Shown: positions 28,734 to 37,949 of the stretch, in pieces | Numbering within the stretch: the first letter of the stretch is position 1 | Layout: the number at the start of each line of letters is the position of its first letter | Source of the DNA: Bacteroidales bacterium | GTDB lineage: Bacteria; Bacteroidota; Bacteroidia; Bacteroidales; VadinHA17 | Assembly (NCBI GenBank): GCA_034005245.1 | Contig: JAVEVC010000003.1 | Location: forward strand, 33,371 to 97,370 | Reading direction: 5' to 3' | Length of the DNA stretch: 64,000 nt | The notes under the pieces: generated by a model | Databases searched by the model: none | What the model was told of the DNA's origin: nothing | What the model saw: the letters and a program-made list of their open reading frames with translations, nothing else | Made by a program: the position numbers and the translations under genes

Positions 28734-29429
28734 GTGATTACCTTAAATAAACCCTGCGACTGCGAGAATTGTGAATTCAGGAATGTGGCCTTTGCCACTC
28801 TTGATTCTGCCACAATAAAGGATCTCTGTAATTACAAGGATGAACATTCCTATTTGAAAGGAGAAATAATAAACAGGGAAGGAGAGAGGATTATTTATTT
28901 CAAGTATCTGAAAACTGGCCTGATAAAGCTATTCAGGAAGGCAGTTAACGGCGATGAACAGGTAATAACAATAACCAGGCCTTTTGAATTTGTAAGCAAC
29001 CTGAGTGTGTTCTCAGGAGAAACATACAAATACTCGGTATCTGCCCTTGAAGACTCTGTAGTATGTTCAATCAGGCTTGACTACATAAAGGAATTATTTC
29101 TAAAGAATGGCAAATTTGCCATGGACCTTCTCACCAAAATGTCAATACTGAATGATAAAATAATTACACAGACCCTGGAAATGAGGCAAAAAAATTTGGT
29201 CGGACGGATTGCTTTTGCATTGCTGTATTTCTCCAGGGATATTTATAACTCAAGGATATTTGACCTTCCTGTTTCAAGAAAGGAAATTGCAGATTATATT
29301 GGCATGAGCCCGGCGAATGTGATCAGGACATTGTCTGATTTTAAGAAAGAAGGGATAATTAAGACTTTTGGAAAAACAATCGAATTAGTCAATCCTGAAA
29401 AACTTGATCTGATCTCAAGAATGGGATGA
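28734..29429 (+). CDS. Crp/Fnr family transcriptional regulator with an N-terminal Cys cluster
   Basis: 231 aa, GTG start. It has a cNMP-binding-like beta-roll and a C-terminal HTH (RKEIADYIGMSPANVIRTLSDFKKEG). Cys8, Cys10, Cys13 and Cys111 are present. Confidence 0.8.
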   Translation: MITLNKPCDCENCEFRNVAFATLDSATIKDLCNYKDEHSYLKGEIINREGERIIYFKYLKTGLIKLFRKAVNGDEQVITITRPFEFVSNLSVFSGETYKYSVSALEDSVVCSIRLDYIKELFLKNGKFAMDLLTKMSILNDKIITQTLEMRQKNLVGRIAFALLYFSRDIYNSRIFDLPVSRKEIADYIGMSPANVIRTLSDFKKEGIIKTFGKTIELVNPEKLDLISRMG

Positions 29430-30356
29430 TCCCAGAATATTTTCCAGGGCAAAATCCAATTTTGAAAACTCAAAATGAAATCCGGCCTTTGTTATTTTAT
29501 CTGATGAGATCCTGCTTCCATTTAGGATAACATTTGACATTTCTCCCAGGAAAGTTCTTATTATAAAACCCGGGACCGGAGGCAGAATAACCTTGCATCG
29601 CAAAGTATCAGCCAGGCTTTTCATGAATCCGTTATGATCCATATGCTGGGGTGCGGCTGCATTATATGGACCCTGCATATTCTCGTCTTCAATGGCTTTT
29701 AGATATATGCGGGCAAGGTCGCTTACATGAATCCAGGGCATATACTGGCGGCCTGAACCAATCCTGGCCAGGAAACCAAACCTGGCAGGGATCATAAGCT
29801 TCTCAAGAGCACTGCTTTCTTTGCCAAGTACAACAGCTGTCCTTATTTTCACAGTGCGAATGCCTGAATTCCCAAAAAGATCGGCGGCTTCTTCCCATTC
29901 CCTGCACATCCTGCCCAGAAAATCATCTGCATGAGGATCATTTTCCGTCAAAATCCTCTCAGTCGTTTCTGACCCGTAGTATCCAATTCCCGAAGCAGAA
30001 ATGAAAGCTTTCAGCTTTATTTTATACCCTGTTAACACATCAAAAATGAATCTTGCAGTATCTGTTCTGCTGAGGGCAATCTCTTTCTTCCTCTTTCCTG
30101 TCCACCTTCTTTCTCCTATATTAGCACCTGCCAGATGAACAATATAATCAATACCGTTAAAAACTTCCGGATCTACAATCCTTTTATATGGATCCCACCT
30201 GTGGACCCTTACCCTGCCAAAATGATTTGATTTTCGCGAAAGATGGCTAACCCTGTATCCCTGCGACAACAACAGGGATGTAAGGTTTTTTCCTACCAGG
30301 CCGCTTCCTCCGGTTATAAGAACTGAACAATCTGTGCTTTTATCAGGATTTCCCAT
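29415..30356 (-). CDS. TIGR01777/YfcH-type NAD-dependent epimerase family protein
   Basis: Rossmann motif ITGGSGLVGKNL, with a DUF1731-like C-terminus. Its 3-prime end overlaps the convergent Crp gene by 15 nt. Confidence 0.7.
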   Translation of the reverse strand: MGNPDKSTDCSVLITGGSGLVGKNLTSLLLSQGYRVSHLSRKSNHFGRVRVHRWDPYKRIVDPEVFNGIDYIVHLAGANIGERRWTGKRKKEIALSRTDTARFIFDVLTGYKIKLKAFISASGIGYYGSETTERILTENDPHADDFLGRMCREWEEAADLFGNSGIRTVKIRTAVVLGKESSALEKLMIPARFGFLARIGSGRQYMPWIHVSDLARIYLKAIEDENMQGPYNAAAPQHMDHNGFMKSLADTLRCKVILPPVPGFIIRTFLGEMSNVILNGSRISSDKITKAGFHFEFSKLDFALENILGSSHS

Positions 30357-30373
30357 GTCAGGTTATTATTATT

Positions 30374-30381
30374 CAAAGCTA
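30374..30381 (-). promoter_or_regulatory. -7 promoter box (TAGCTTTG on the minus strand) for the epimerase gene
   Basis: Plus strand reads caaagcta, 18 nt upstream of ATG 30356. Confidence 0.4.
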
Positions 30382-30463
30382 ATATATTAGAGCATTAATG
30401 ATATTAATAGTTTTTGGAAAAAGACTAAAAAGATTTACTTTAGAGGGCTGAAAATCTAAAAAT

Positions 30464-31696
30464 ATGGGTTCAAATAAAAAGCAGAAGATCATGGCAAATA
30501 TTAAGACAACAAAAGGGATCATTGCAATATTGACCGGAGGAGGAGATGTCCCCGGACTTAATCCTGCAATCAGGGCAGTGACCATCAGAGCCAACAGGGA
30601 AGGATATAAGGTAATAGGACTCCGCAGAGGCTGGGGAGGTATAACTGAGCTGATCAGGGATCAAAAAGCTGATAACAGCAATTGTTACCAGGTTCTGACA
30701 GATGATATTGTAAACAAAGCAGGAAGAACCGGAGGAACTTTTCTTCATACATCAAGGACAAGACCCAGCCATATGTCAAAGGAAAGTGTTCCCGAGCACC
30801 TTAAAGGGACCTACAACGCAGAAAAAAACGATCTAACCCAGGAGGTAATCAAAAACCTTGAATGGCTGGGAGTGGATTATCTCATACCTATTGGAGGAGA
30901 TGACACATTGAGCTATGGAGTTCACCTTTACAAAAAGGGCGTTAAAGTTATCGCAATTCCCAAAACAATGGATAATGACGTTCCCGGAACGGATTACTGC
31001 ATAGGTTTCAGTACCTGCGTTTCCAGAACTATCCAGATGATAAATACACTAAGAACCTCAGCCGGATCGCATGAAAGGATCATGGTACTTGAGGTCTTCG
31101 GCAGATATGCAGGATTCACGGCAATGCTACCCACTATGGCCGGAGCTGCAAACAGATGCGTGATCCCTGAATATGAATTTGATATAGATCTGCTTACAAG
31201 GCTTTTGGTGGAAGACAGGAACCACAATCCAAGCAAATACTCTATAGTGCTTGTTTCCGAAGGTGCAATGTTCAAGGGCGGTGAAATGATCTTCTCGGGA
31301 AGCGAAAAAGATGCCTATGGTCATGCAAAACTTGGTGGAATAGGGGATGTGGTCTCTGAACAAATAAAAGACCTTTCATCAAAATACAATAATGGCAAAG
31401 CGATAAATATTATTAATCAGAAACTAGGCTACATGGTTAGAGGAGGTGACCCAGACGCCCTTGATTCAATAGTTCCCATGGCTTATGGTAATCTTGCCCT
31501 GGATCTGATACTTAAAGGATTGCATGGAAGAATAGTGGTCCTGAAAAATGGCAGGTACGACAATGTACCTATTGACGTGGTCACTTCATCCAAAAAAATA
31601 GTGAAGGTTTCTGAACATTACAACACCGAAAGGCTGAGGCCTTTTTATCACAGCTTTGAAATGAAGCCATTCCTTCTGATGGCATCGGATAATTGA
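30464..31696 (+). CDS. 6-phosphofructokinase, probably pyrophosphate-dependent
   Basis: LTGGGDVPGLNPAIR, IGGDDTLSY, IPKTMDNDVPGTDY and GYMVRGGDP are PFK family motifs. Asp in GGDD and Lys in PKT match the PPi-type signature. Alternative start at Met10 (30491). Confidence 0.85.
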   Translation: MGSNKKQKIMANIKTTKGIIAILTGGGDVPGLNPAIRAVTIRANREGYKVIGLRRGWGGITELIRDQKADNSNCYQVLTDDIVNKAGRTGGTFLHTSRTRPSHMSKESVPEHLKGTYNAEKNDLTQEVIKNLEWLGVDYLIPIGGDDTLSYGVHLYKKGVKVIAIPKTMDNDVPGTDYCIGFSTCVSRTIQMINTLRTSAGSHERIMVLEVFGRYAGFTAMLPTMAGAANRCVIPEYEFDIDLLTRLLVEDRNHNPSKYSIVLVSEGAMFKGGEMIFSGSEKDAYGHAKLGGIGDVVSEQIKDLSSKYNNGKAINIINQKLGYMVRGGDPDALDSIVPMAYGNLALDLILKGLHGRIVVLKNGRYDNVPIDVVTSSKKIVKVSEHYNTERLRPFYHSFEMKPFLLMASDN

Positions 31697-31746
31697 AAAC
31701 AGAAATTTTCTAAAGACTGAAGCTACAGGATTCATTTTTTTTATGA

Positions 31747-32673
31747 TTGGAAACAGGGATTGTTGTTAAATCTGTCGGAAGCCGGTATAAAGTCCTGACC
31801 GGTTCGGGCAGTATCATTGTATGCGTACTTAAGGGGAACCTTAGGGTTAGGGGACTGCGTACAACAAACCCTGTTGCAGTTGGTGATAACGTTAAATTAA
31901 TACCGGATAAAAACACAACAACCGGTGTGATAACGGAAATCCTCGACCGCAGGAATTATATTTTGCGAAAGGCTTCAAACCTTTCAAAACAATCGCAGAT
32001 CATAGCTGCCAATATTGATCAGGCATTTCTTATGGCTACAATAAAAATGCCCGAAACTCCTGTCGAATTCATCGACAGGTTCCTTATAACCGCCGAAGCC
32101 TATAGTATAACTGCAAAGATAATTTTCAATAAAACTGACCTGTACGACCAGAATGAGAGGGAAATGATGGAAACCATGATCAGCCTCTATTCGAAAATCG
32201 GATATGAGTGCATAAGATTCTCGGTTAAAGGTGGCGGCGATGCTGAAGCACTCAGGGAGAAAATGAAGAACAGGATAACTCTCATTGCCGGCAACTCAGG
32301 CGTCGGGAAATCATCCCTGATAAATCTTCTTCATCCCGGCCTCAATATCAAAACGGAAGAAATATCTTCCTATCACAAGCAGGGAAAGCATGTCACAACA
32401 TTTCCCGAGATGTACATCATGCCTTTCGGTGGATTTGTGATCGATACTCCAGGTCTCAGAGGATTTGGTGTGGTTGATATGGACAGGAATGAGATCTATC
32501 ACTTTTTCCCTGAAATTTTTCGCATTTCAGAGGAATGCAAATTCTACAACTGCCTTCATTCTGATGAGCCCGGCTGTGCAGTGAGAGAGGCCGTTGAAAA
32601 AGGAGAAATAGCCTTTTCGCGCTACCGGAGCTATATGAGCATACTAAATGACAATAATCTTAAGTACAGATGA
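31747..32673 (+). CDS. rsgA: Ribosome small-subunit-dependent GTPase A
   Basis: TTG start. Circularly permuted GTPase motifs NKTD then GNSGVGKSSLIN and DTPG, plus the C-terminal zinc knuckle CKFYNCLHSDEPGCAV. Confidence 0.9.
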   Translation: METGIVVKSVGSRYKVLTGSGSIIVCVLKGNLRVRGLRTTNPVAVGDNVKLIPDKNTTTGVITEILDRRNYILRKASNLSKQSQIIAANIDQAFLMATIKMPETPVEFIDRFLITAEAYSITAKIIFNKTDLYDQNEREMMETMISLYSKIGYECIRFSVKGGGDAEALREKMKNRITLIAGNSGVGKSSLINLLHPGLNIKTEEISSYHKQGKHVTTFPEMYIMPFGGFVIDTPGLRGFGVVDMDRNEIYHFFPEIFRISEECKFYNCLHSDEPGCAVREAVEKGEIAFSRYRSYMSILNDNNLKYR

Positions 32674-35579
32674 TATTAAAACGGCTCTTATTGCCGTTTA
32701 TATATCATACTTATCAGCTTACTGAGATTATGAAGAATCTTAAGATTGTTGTCTGTTTGGCTCTTTTTCTGATCATTGCAGGCAGCATCTTTCTCTATAG
32801 AATCCTGTATTATAATCATATAGGACATACAAGGAAGTTTCTTGACCATCAGACCGGAATAACGGCGCTGAAGGTTAATGAAACCAATAATTCATTTGAC
32901 AATGATCTTAACCAGATCGTTGATCCCGATGAAATTTCTCTTTTTTTCCTGGATAAAGGCAAGCGCTCTTCAAATATTGAAAAAATGAAGGTGTTTTTTA
33001 CCAGGTATGAGAATCTGATTACAGGCATAAAATATTTCGACAATGACAGGAATGAATTTACCTTGAAGAGAGATGAAACAGGAAAAGGATGGCTCGAACA
33101 GCAATTTATCCTTCATGTGCAGGGTGAAATTTACGCTGACAGGAAGATCATGGAAAGCAGACGTTCAATGGAATATTATCTTCCTGTTCGTCAAAATAAT
33201 ACTTTGATTGGCAATTTAGTGATCACAGTTGACTTCAGGCAGTATTTTGCAGATCTGCTATCTTCCTTTAATGTAAGGGATTTACAGTTGCTATGGGTTA
33301 TTAATGATTCTGGAAAGGTAGTCTATAGCACAGGAAGCAATACACTGCAATTTCCGGAAATAGAGAGAATTAAAAAAGAATCCGGAAAAGATTCTCAAAA
33401 TATTTCTCACCGTGCAAAGTTTGATGACAAATCTGAACAAACACTCTTTTCGTATCATCCCGTAACGCTCCTCGAAAGTAATTTCGGGCTGATCTTTTCA
33501 TCGCCTGTTGGCTTATTCAGGAAGTTTTTACTGCGAAACACTCTGTTATTCACACTTTTGACAATACTGGCTTTCATGCTGGCTGTATATATGCTGTGGA
33601 AGCGCCTTGTATTTCAGGACAAAGAGATTAAAAGGCTCGATTCCTCGGAAAAAATGCTGTTCAGGATGATTGAAGAAATGCCTGTGGGCATAATCATTCA
33701 TAACAGTAAGAGGGAAATAATAAAAGCCAACAAAATGGCAGCAACTCAGTATTCTTATGAAACTGAAGCCGAAATGACCGGTAAAATCTATCCTGAAATA
33801 TCAGTGTCGGATAACGGCAACTACTTTTCAAAAAACCTGGGAGGAACCTTTAGTCCCGATCAGTTTGTGATCATCAAAAAGGAAATTGGAGAAACCATTC
33901 TTTTCAGAAACACAATACCCGTAAATTTTATGGGGCAGGAAGCCAGCCTTGAGATGCTTGTTGATGTAACCATGTTGGAAAACGCACGTAAGAATGAGGC
34001 AAATGCCAACGAGGCAAAGTCGGAATTTCTTGCAAGGATGAGCTATGAATTGAGAACCCCGTTGAACGGTATTATTGGAATGTCTGATATTCTCAGGAAA
34101 CGCAATCTGCCCCGCGAGGAAAACGAAATCCTGAAACTGCTTCAAAGATCTGCTGGTGTACTGCTGAACATAATTGACGACATCCTGGATTTCTCCAAGA
34201 TTGAGACAGGTAAAATTATAATTGAAGAATTGCCTTTCAATCTAAGGGAAGAGATAGTTTACTGTTACGATCTTGCAAGAGCAAATATCAACGAAGAAAG
34301 AATCAGATTCAGCTGCACTGTTGATGACGACATTCCTGAAAGGCTCATCGGTGATCCATACAGGCTCAGGCAGATAATAACCAACATCCTTAATCATTCA
34401 ATAGAAAATACATCAGATGGGGAAATAAGTTTAAAATGCAGACTTGAAGAGAGGAAAGACCGAATGCTAAGGCTTGGATTTGAAGTTGCAGATACGGGAA
34501 AGGCCTTTGACAATGCAACCCTGAAAAAAATATTCGGTGATTATGTGAACCTCGAATCAAAAGTCATCAGTAATGACGACGGGCCTGGTTTCGGTACAAT
34601 ACTTGCACGTCAGCTCATCCAACTCCTTGGAGGGACTCTCAATGCTGAAAGCCCCTCCGGCATTGATGGCAGCAAAGGTTCCCTGGTCACCTTCAGCATT
34701 GTAACATATTCAGACGAAAAGGCAACAAAAAATTTACCTCTTGAAAATACAAGTTCTTTTAAGGATGTAAAGACCCTTGTCATAACAGGCAGTCTTTCGA
34801 GGGATGAAGATGTTCTGGGCATTTTGCATAAACTAGGGCTTTCCATTTCAGTAACAACCTACCAGAAGTCAACAGTTAGCCAGATAAAAGCCAACCTTGG
34901 CTTCCCGTCAAAAAGAAATTCCCTCATTGTTATTATCAACAACGATGAATTTGATGGATTTAAGGTGGCAGAAGAAATACAGGAAAACGGACTCCCTGAT
35001 CAATTCATCCTCATTATGATGAGCACAGATGATTCAAGGGGAAATTACCTGAAATGCCTTTCCCTTGGGATTGACCATTATATTGTCAGGCCCTTTGAAC
35101 TTCAGGAGCTGTACGATGCGATCATATCTCACTTCCCGGGTATTGACAGACCTGCACCCTCAGGCTATCCTGAAGAAGCAGCGGCCGATATCAAAATTCT
35201 TATAGTTGAGGATAACAAAATGAATCAAAAGGTAATTGGTACAATGCTGAAAAGCCTTGGCTATTCATTTGATTTTGCCGATGATGGCTATTCAGGTTAC
35301 ATTCAGGCAAGAACGCGGAGATATGATGTGATCTTCATGGACCTGATAATGCCCGAAATGGATGGTTACGAATCAGCCAGAAAAATGCTCGAACATGATC
35401 CCACACTTCTCATAGCAGCATTCACGGCCGATAACCTGCCTGAATCAAAAAGGAAGGCCGAATTATCGGGCATCAGGGATTTCATATCCAAACCGGTAAG
35501 AATAGATGATCTTAAGAAATTTTTCACGAGACATTTCAATAAAAATAAAAAATTATCCTCATCATTGCCTGAGATTTAA
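32670..35579 (+). CDS. Hybrid sensor kinase-like protein with degenerate H-box and N-box, one pseudo-receiver and one intact receiver domain
   Basis: 969 aa. Order of parts: TM, periplasmic region of about 250 aa, TM, PAS-like segment, HisKA-like (FLARMSYELRTPLNG), HATPase-like (ITNILNHSIENT, DTGKAF, GPGFGTILARQL), then the REC domain (ILIVEDN...FMDLIMPEMDG...AFTAD...ISKP). Alternative start ATG 32730 (MKNLKIVV). Confidence 0.8.
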   Translation: MILKRLLLPFIYHTYQLTEIMKNLKIVVCLALFLIIAGSIFLYRILYYNHIGHTRKFLDHQTGITALKVNETNNSFDNDLNQIVDPDEISLFFLDKGKRSSNIEKMKVFFTRYENLITGIKYFDNDRNEFTLKRDETGKGWLEQQFILHVQGEIYADRKIMESRRSMEYYLPVRQNNTLIGNLVITVDFRQYFADLLSSFNVRDLQLLWVINDSGKVVYSTGSNTLQFPEIERIKKESGKDSQNISHRAKFDDKSEQTLFSYHPVTLLESNFGLIFSSPVGLFRKFLLRNTLLFTLLTILAFMLAVYMLWKRLVFQDKEIKRLDSSEKMLFRMIEEMPVGIIIHNSKREIIKANKMAATQYSYETEAEMTGKIYPEISVSDNGNYFSKNLGGTFSPDQFVIIKKEIGETILFRNTIPVNFMGQEASLEMLVDVTMLENARKNEANANEAKSEFLARMSYELRTPLNGIIGMSDILRKRNLPREENEILKLLQRSAGVLLNIIDDILDFSKIETGKIIIEELPFNLREEIVYCYDLARANINEERIRFSCTVDDDIPERLIGDPYRLRQIITNILNHSIENTSDGEISLKCRLEERKDRMLRLGFEVADTGKAFDNATLKKIFGDYVNLESKVISNDDGPGFGTILARQLIQLLGGTLNAESPSGIDGSKGSLVTFSIVTYSDEKATKNLPLENTSSFKDVKTLVITGSLSRDEDVLGILHKLGLSISVTTYQKSTVSQIKANLGFPSKRNSLIVIINNDEFDGFKVAEEIQENGLPDQFILIMMSTDDSRGNYLKCLSLGIDHYIVRPFELQELYDAIISHFPGIDRPAPSGYPEEAAADIKILIVEDNKMNQKVIGTMLKSLGYSFDFADDGYSGYIQARTRRYDVIFMDLIMPEMDGYESARKMLEHDPTLLIAAFTADNLPESKRKAELSGIRDFISKPVRIDDLKKFFTRHFNKNKKLSSSLPEI

Positions 35580-35615
35580 AAAGAAATGCCCTGAGCGATC
35601 AGGTACTGAAGTGAA

Positions 35616-36659
35616 ATGAGATATCAGTTTACAGGCAAGATTGATATTGCAGATTTTCTGGGAAAGGCTAAAACCATACCTGTTATTGACGTACGGTCAC
35701 CCTCGGAATTTAAAACCGGCCACATCCCCGGATCGGTTAACATACCTCTTTTTGATGACAATTCAAGAAAGGAGGTGGGGATCAGGTATAAGAAGGCAGG
35801 ACGCATAAAAGCCGTTATCAAAGGGCTGGAGTTAATTGGCCCTGAATTGCCAGGGAAGCTTGAGGCTGCAATAAAAGAAGCAGTTGATGAAAAACTTCTT
35901 GTTTATTGCTGGCGCGGAGGTATGCGTTCTGAAACCATGGCCTGGCTTTTTTCGCTGGGAGGAATTGACACCGGGGTCCTTGAAGGCGGATATAAGTCAT
36001 ACCGTAATTATATTTTAGGCAAGCTTTCGGCCAACAGGAAAATGATATTGCTCGGCGGTTTAACGGGCAGCGGGAAAACACTGATATTGAACCAGATCAT
36101 GAAAGGCGGCGAACAGGTTGTTGATCTGGAGGCGCTGGCAAATCATAAAGGTTCAGCTTTTGGTGCACTGGGACAAGCACCCCAGCCTACAACGGAACAT
36201 TTTACCAACCTGCTGTTCAATGAACTGGATCGTCTGGATCCCCTGAAACCAGTCTGGCTTGAGGATGAAAGCCGTAACATCGGAACCGTTTTCATGCCTG
36301 ATAAATTTTTCCTGAACATGCAGATAAATCCTTCAATTGTTTTGCTTATGGATATTAAGACCCGTATACCCAGGCTTCTTGAGGAATATTCTGTTTATCC
36401 GCAGGAAGAGTTGGAAGAGGGAATAATGAAAATATCGAGGCGCCTTGGAGGCGAAAAAACCACAGAGGCGATAAGGGCTGTAAGAAACAAGGATTTTGCT
36501 CGTGCAATAGAAATCACACTGGATTATTATGATAAAGCCTATCTGTACAGCCTTGAAAAAAAACCAGGCAGGAACATTCATTATATTGCGACTGATACAG
36601 ACAATGTGGAAGCTAATTCTGCAAGGGTGCTTGAAACAGCCAGGAAAATTGCCTGGTAG
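35616..36659 (+). CDS. selU: tRNA 2-selenouridine synthase
   Basis: Rhodanese domain with the active-site loop YCWRGGMRS, followed by the P-loop GGLTGSGKT, the arrangement typical of SelU/MnmH. Confidence 0.8.
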   Translation: MRYQFTGKIDIADFLGKAKTIPVIDVRSPSEFKTGHIPGSVNIPLFDDNSRKEVGIRYKKAGRIKAVIKGLELIGPELPGKLEAAIKEAVDEKLLVYCWRGGMRSETMAWLFSLGGIDTGVLEGGYKSYRNYILGKLSANRKMILLGGLTGSGKTLILNQIMKGGEQVVDLEALANHKGSAFGALGQAPQPTTEHFTNLLFNELDRLDPLKPVWLEDESRNIGTVFMPDKFFLNMQINPSIVLLMDIKTRIPRLLEEYSVYPQEELEEGIMKISRRLGGEKTTEAIRAVRNKDFARAIEITLDYYDKAYLYSLEKKPGRNIHYIATDTDNVEANSARVLETARKIAW

Positions 36660-36665
36660 GCGAAA

Positions 36666-37922
36666 TCAGTCATTAGCATATTCTTCTACATCGACCCATC
36701 TGAATACTTTATCTGAACGCCTCAGGTATTCGTTCACTTTTATTGAGCAGAACTCCCCTTTCATGGCTTTGTCTGTAACTCTGAGATCAACATGTATCTC
36801 GTCGACGGTGTATTCAATAACGCCTGTTGAAGGTCCGGTTATCAATATCACATCACCCTTTGAAAGATTTCCGTTTTCCAGCTTGATCTCAGCCACGGAG
36901 ATCTTTGTAAAAAAATTGGTTATTTTTCCTATATATTCCTTTCTTTTTGTTGCGCTTGACCCATACTTGCCGGTCCATTCGCCAAGTCTCCGGCCAAGAT
37001 AATACCCATCCCAGAAACCCCTGTTGAAGACTGTTGAAAGCCTGGATTGCCATTCTTCGACCTTTTCTTTGTCGTAGGTGCCTTCAAAAACTGATGTAAG
37101 AGCTTCATTATAGCAGGCAGTAACAACTTTTACATATTCTGCCGGCCTGGCTCTTCCCTCGATCTTTAAGACCCTTGCTCCCGAATCTATTATTCTGTCG
37201 ATGAACCCGATTGTGCAAAGATCTTTGGGAGACATGATACGTTCGTTTTCTATTTCCAACTGGTGTCCCGATTCCGTGTCGGTTACCAGATATGATCTGC
37301 GGCAGGTCTGGTAGCACCTGCCGCGATTTGCAGAAGCATTATTCTCATGCAGGCTCAGGTAACATTTACCCGATATTGCCATGCATAATGCTCCGTGAAT
37401 GAACATTTCGATTTTAACAGGATCTCCTCCGGGGCCGCGTATGTCCTTTTCTCTTATGTTATCATATATATTCCTGACCTGGTCGAGATTAAGCTCCCTT
37501 GCCAGCACGGCAACATCTGCCCATTGGGCATAAAACTCCAGAGCGTCCGTATTTGATATATTCATCTGTGTTGAAAGATGCACTTCAAGGCCCCTTTGGT
37601 ATGCATATTTAATAGCTGATATATCTGATGCAATAACTGCCGAGACACCATTTTCAACTGCAGCATCAATGATCTTTTGCATCCCGGCCACCTCATCGTC
37701 ATACACGACAACATTCAGGGTAAGGTAGCTTTTGATATTGGAACCGTTGCAGATACTGACAATATTCTTCAGATCATCAAGGGTGAAGTTTACTGAGGAA
37801 GCCGCCCTCATATTTAACTGCTGGACGCCGAAATAGATGGAATCAGCACCTCCCCGGATTGCGGCCGTAAGTGATTCGTACGAGCCTGCAGGAGCCATTA
37901 TCTCTATATCCCGGCGGTTCAT
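36666..37922 (-). CDS. U32 family peptidase-like protein
   Basis: 418 aa. EIMAPAGS...AAIRGGADSIYFG...LNVV...E(x)HGALCMAISGKCYLS is the U32 signature region. Confidence 0.75.
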   Translation of the reverse strand: MNRRDIEIMAPAGSYESLTAAIRGGADSIYFGVQQLNMRAASSVNFTLDDLKNIVSICNGSNIKSYLTLNVVVYDDEVAGMQKIIDAAVENGVSAVIASDISAIKYAYQRGLEVHLSTQMNISNTDALEFYAQWADVAVLARELNLDQVRNIYDNIREKDIRGPGGDPVKIEMFIHGALCMAISGKCYLSLHENNASANRGRCYQTCRRSYLVTDTESGHQLEIENERIMSPKDLCTIGFIDRIIDSGARVLKIEGRARPAEYVKVVTACYNEALTSVFEGTYDKEKVEEWQSRLSTVFNRGFWDGYYLGRRLGEWTGKYGSSATKRKEYIGKITNFFTKISVAEIKLENGNLSKGDVILITGPSTGVIEYTVDEIHVDLRVTDKAMKGEFCSIKVNEYLRRSDKVFRWVDVEEYAND

Positions 37923-37949
37923 TAAATCAAGTTTCCTTATAGTTTATTC

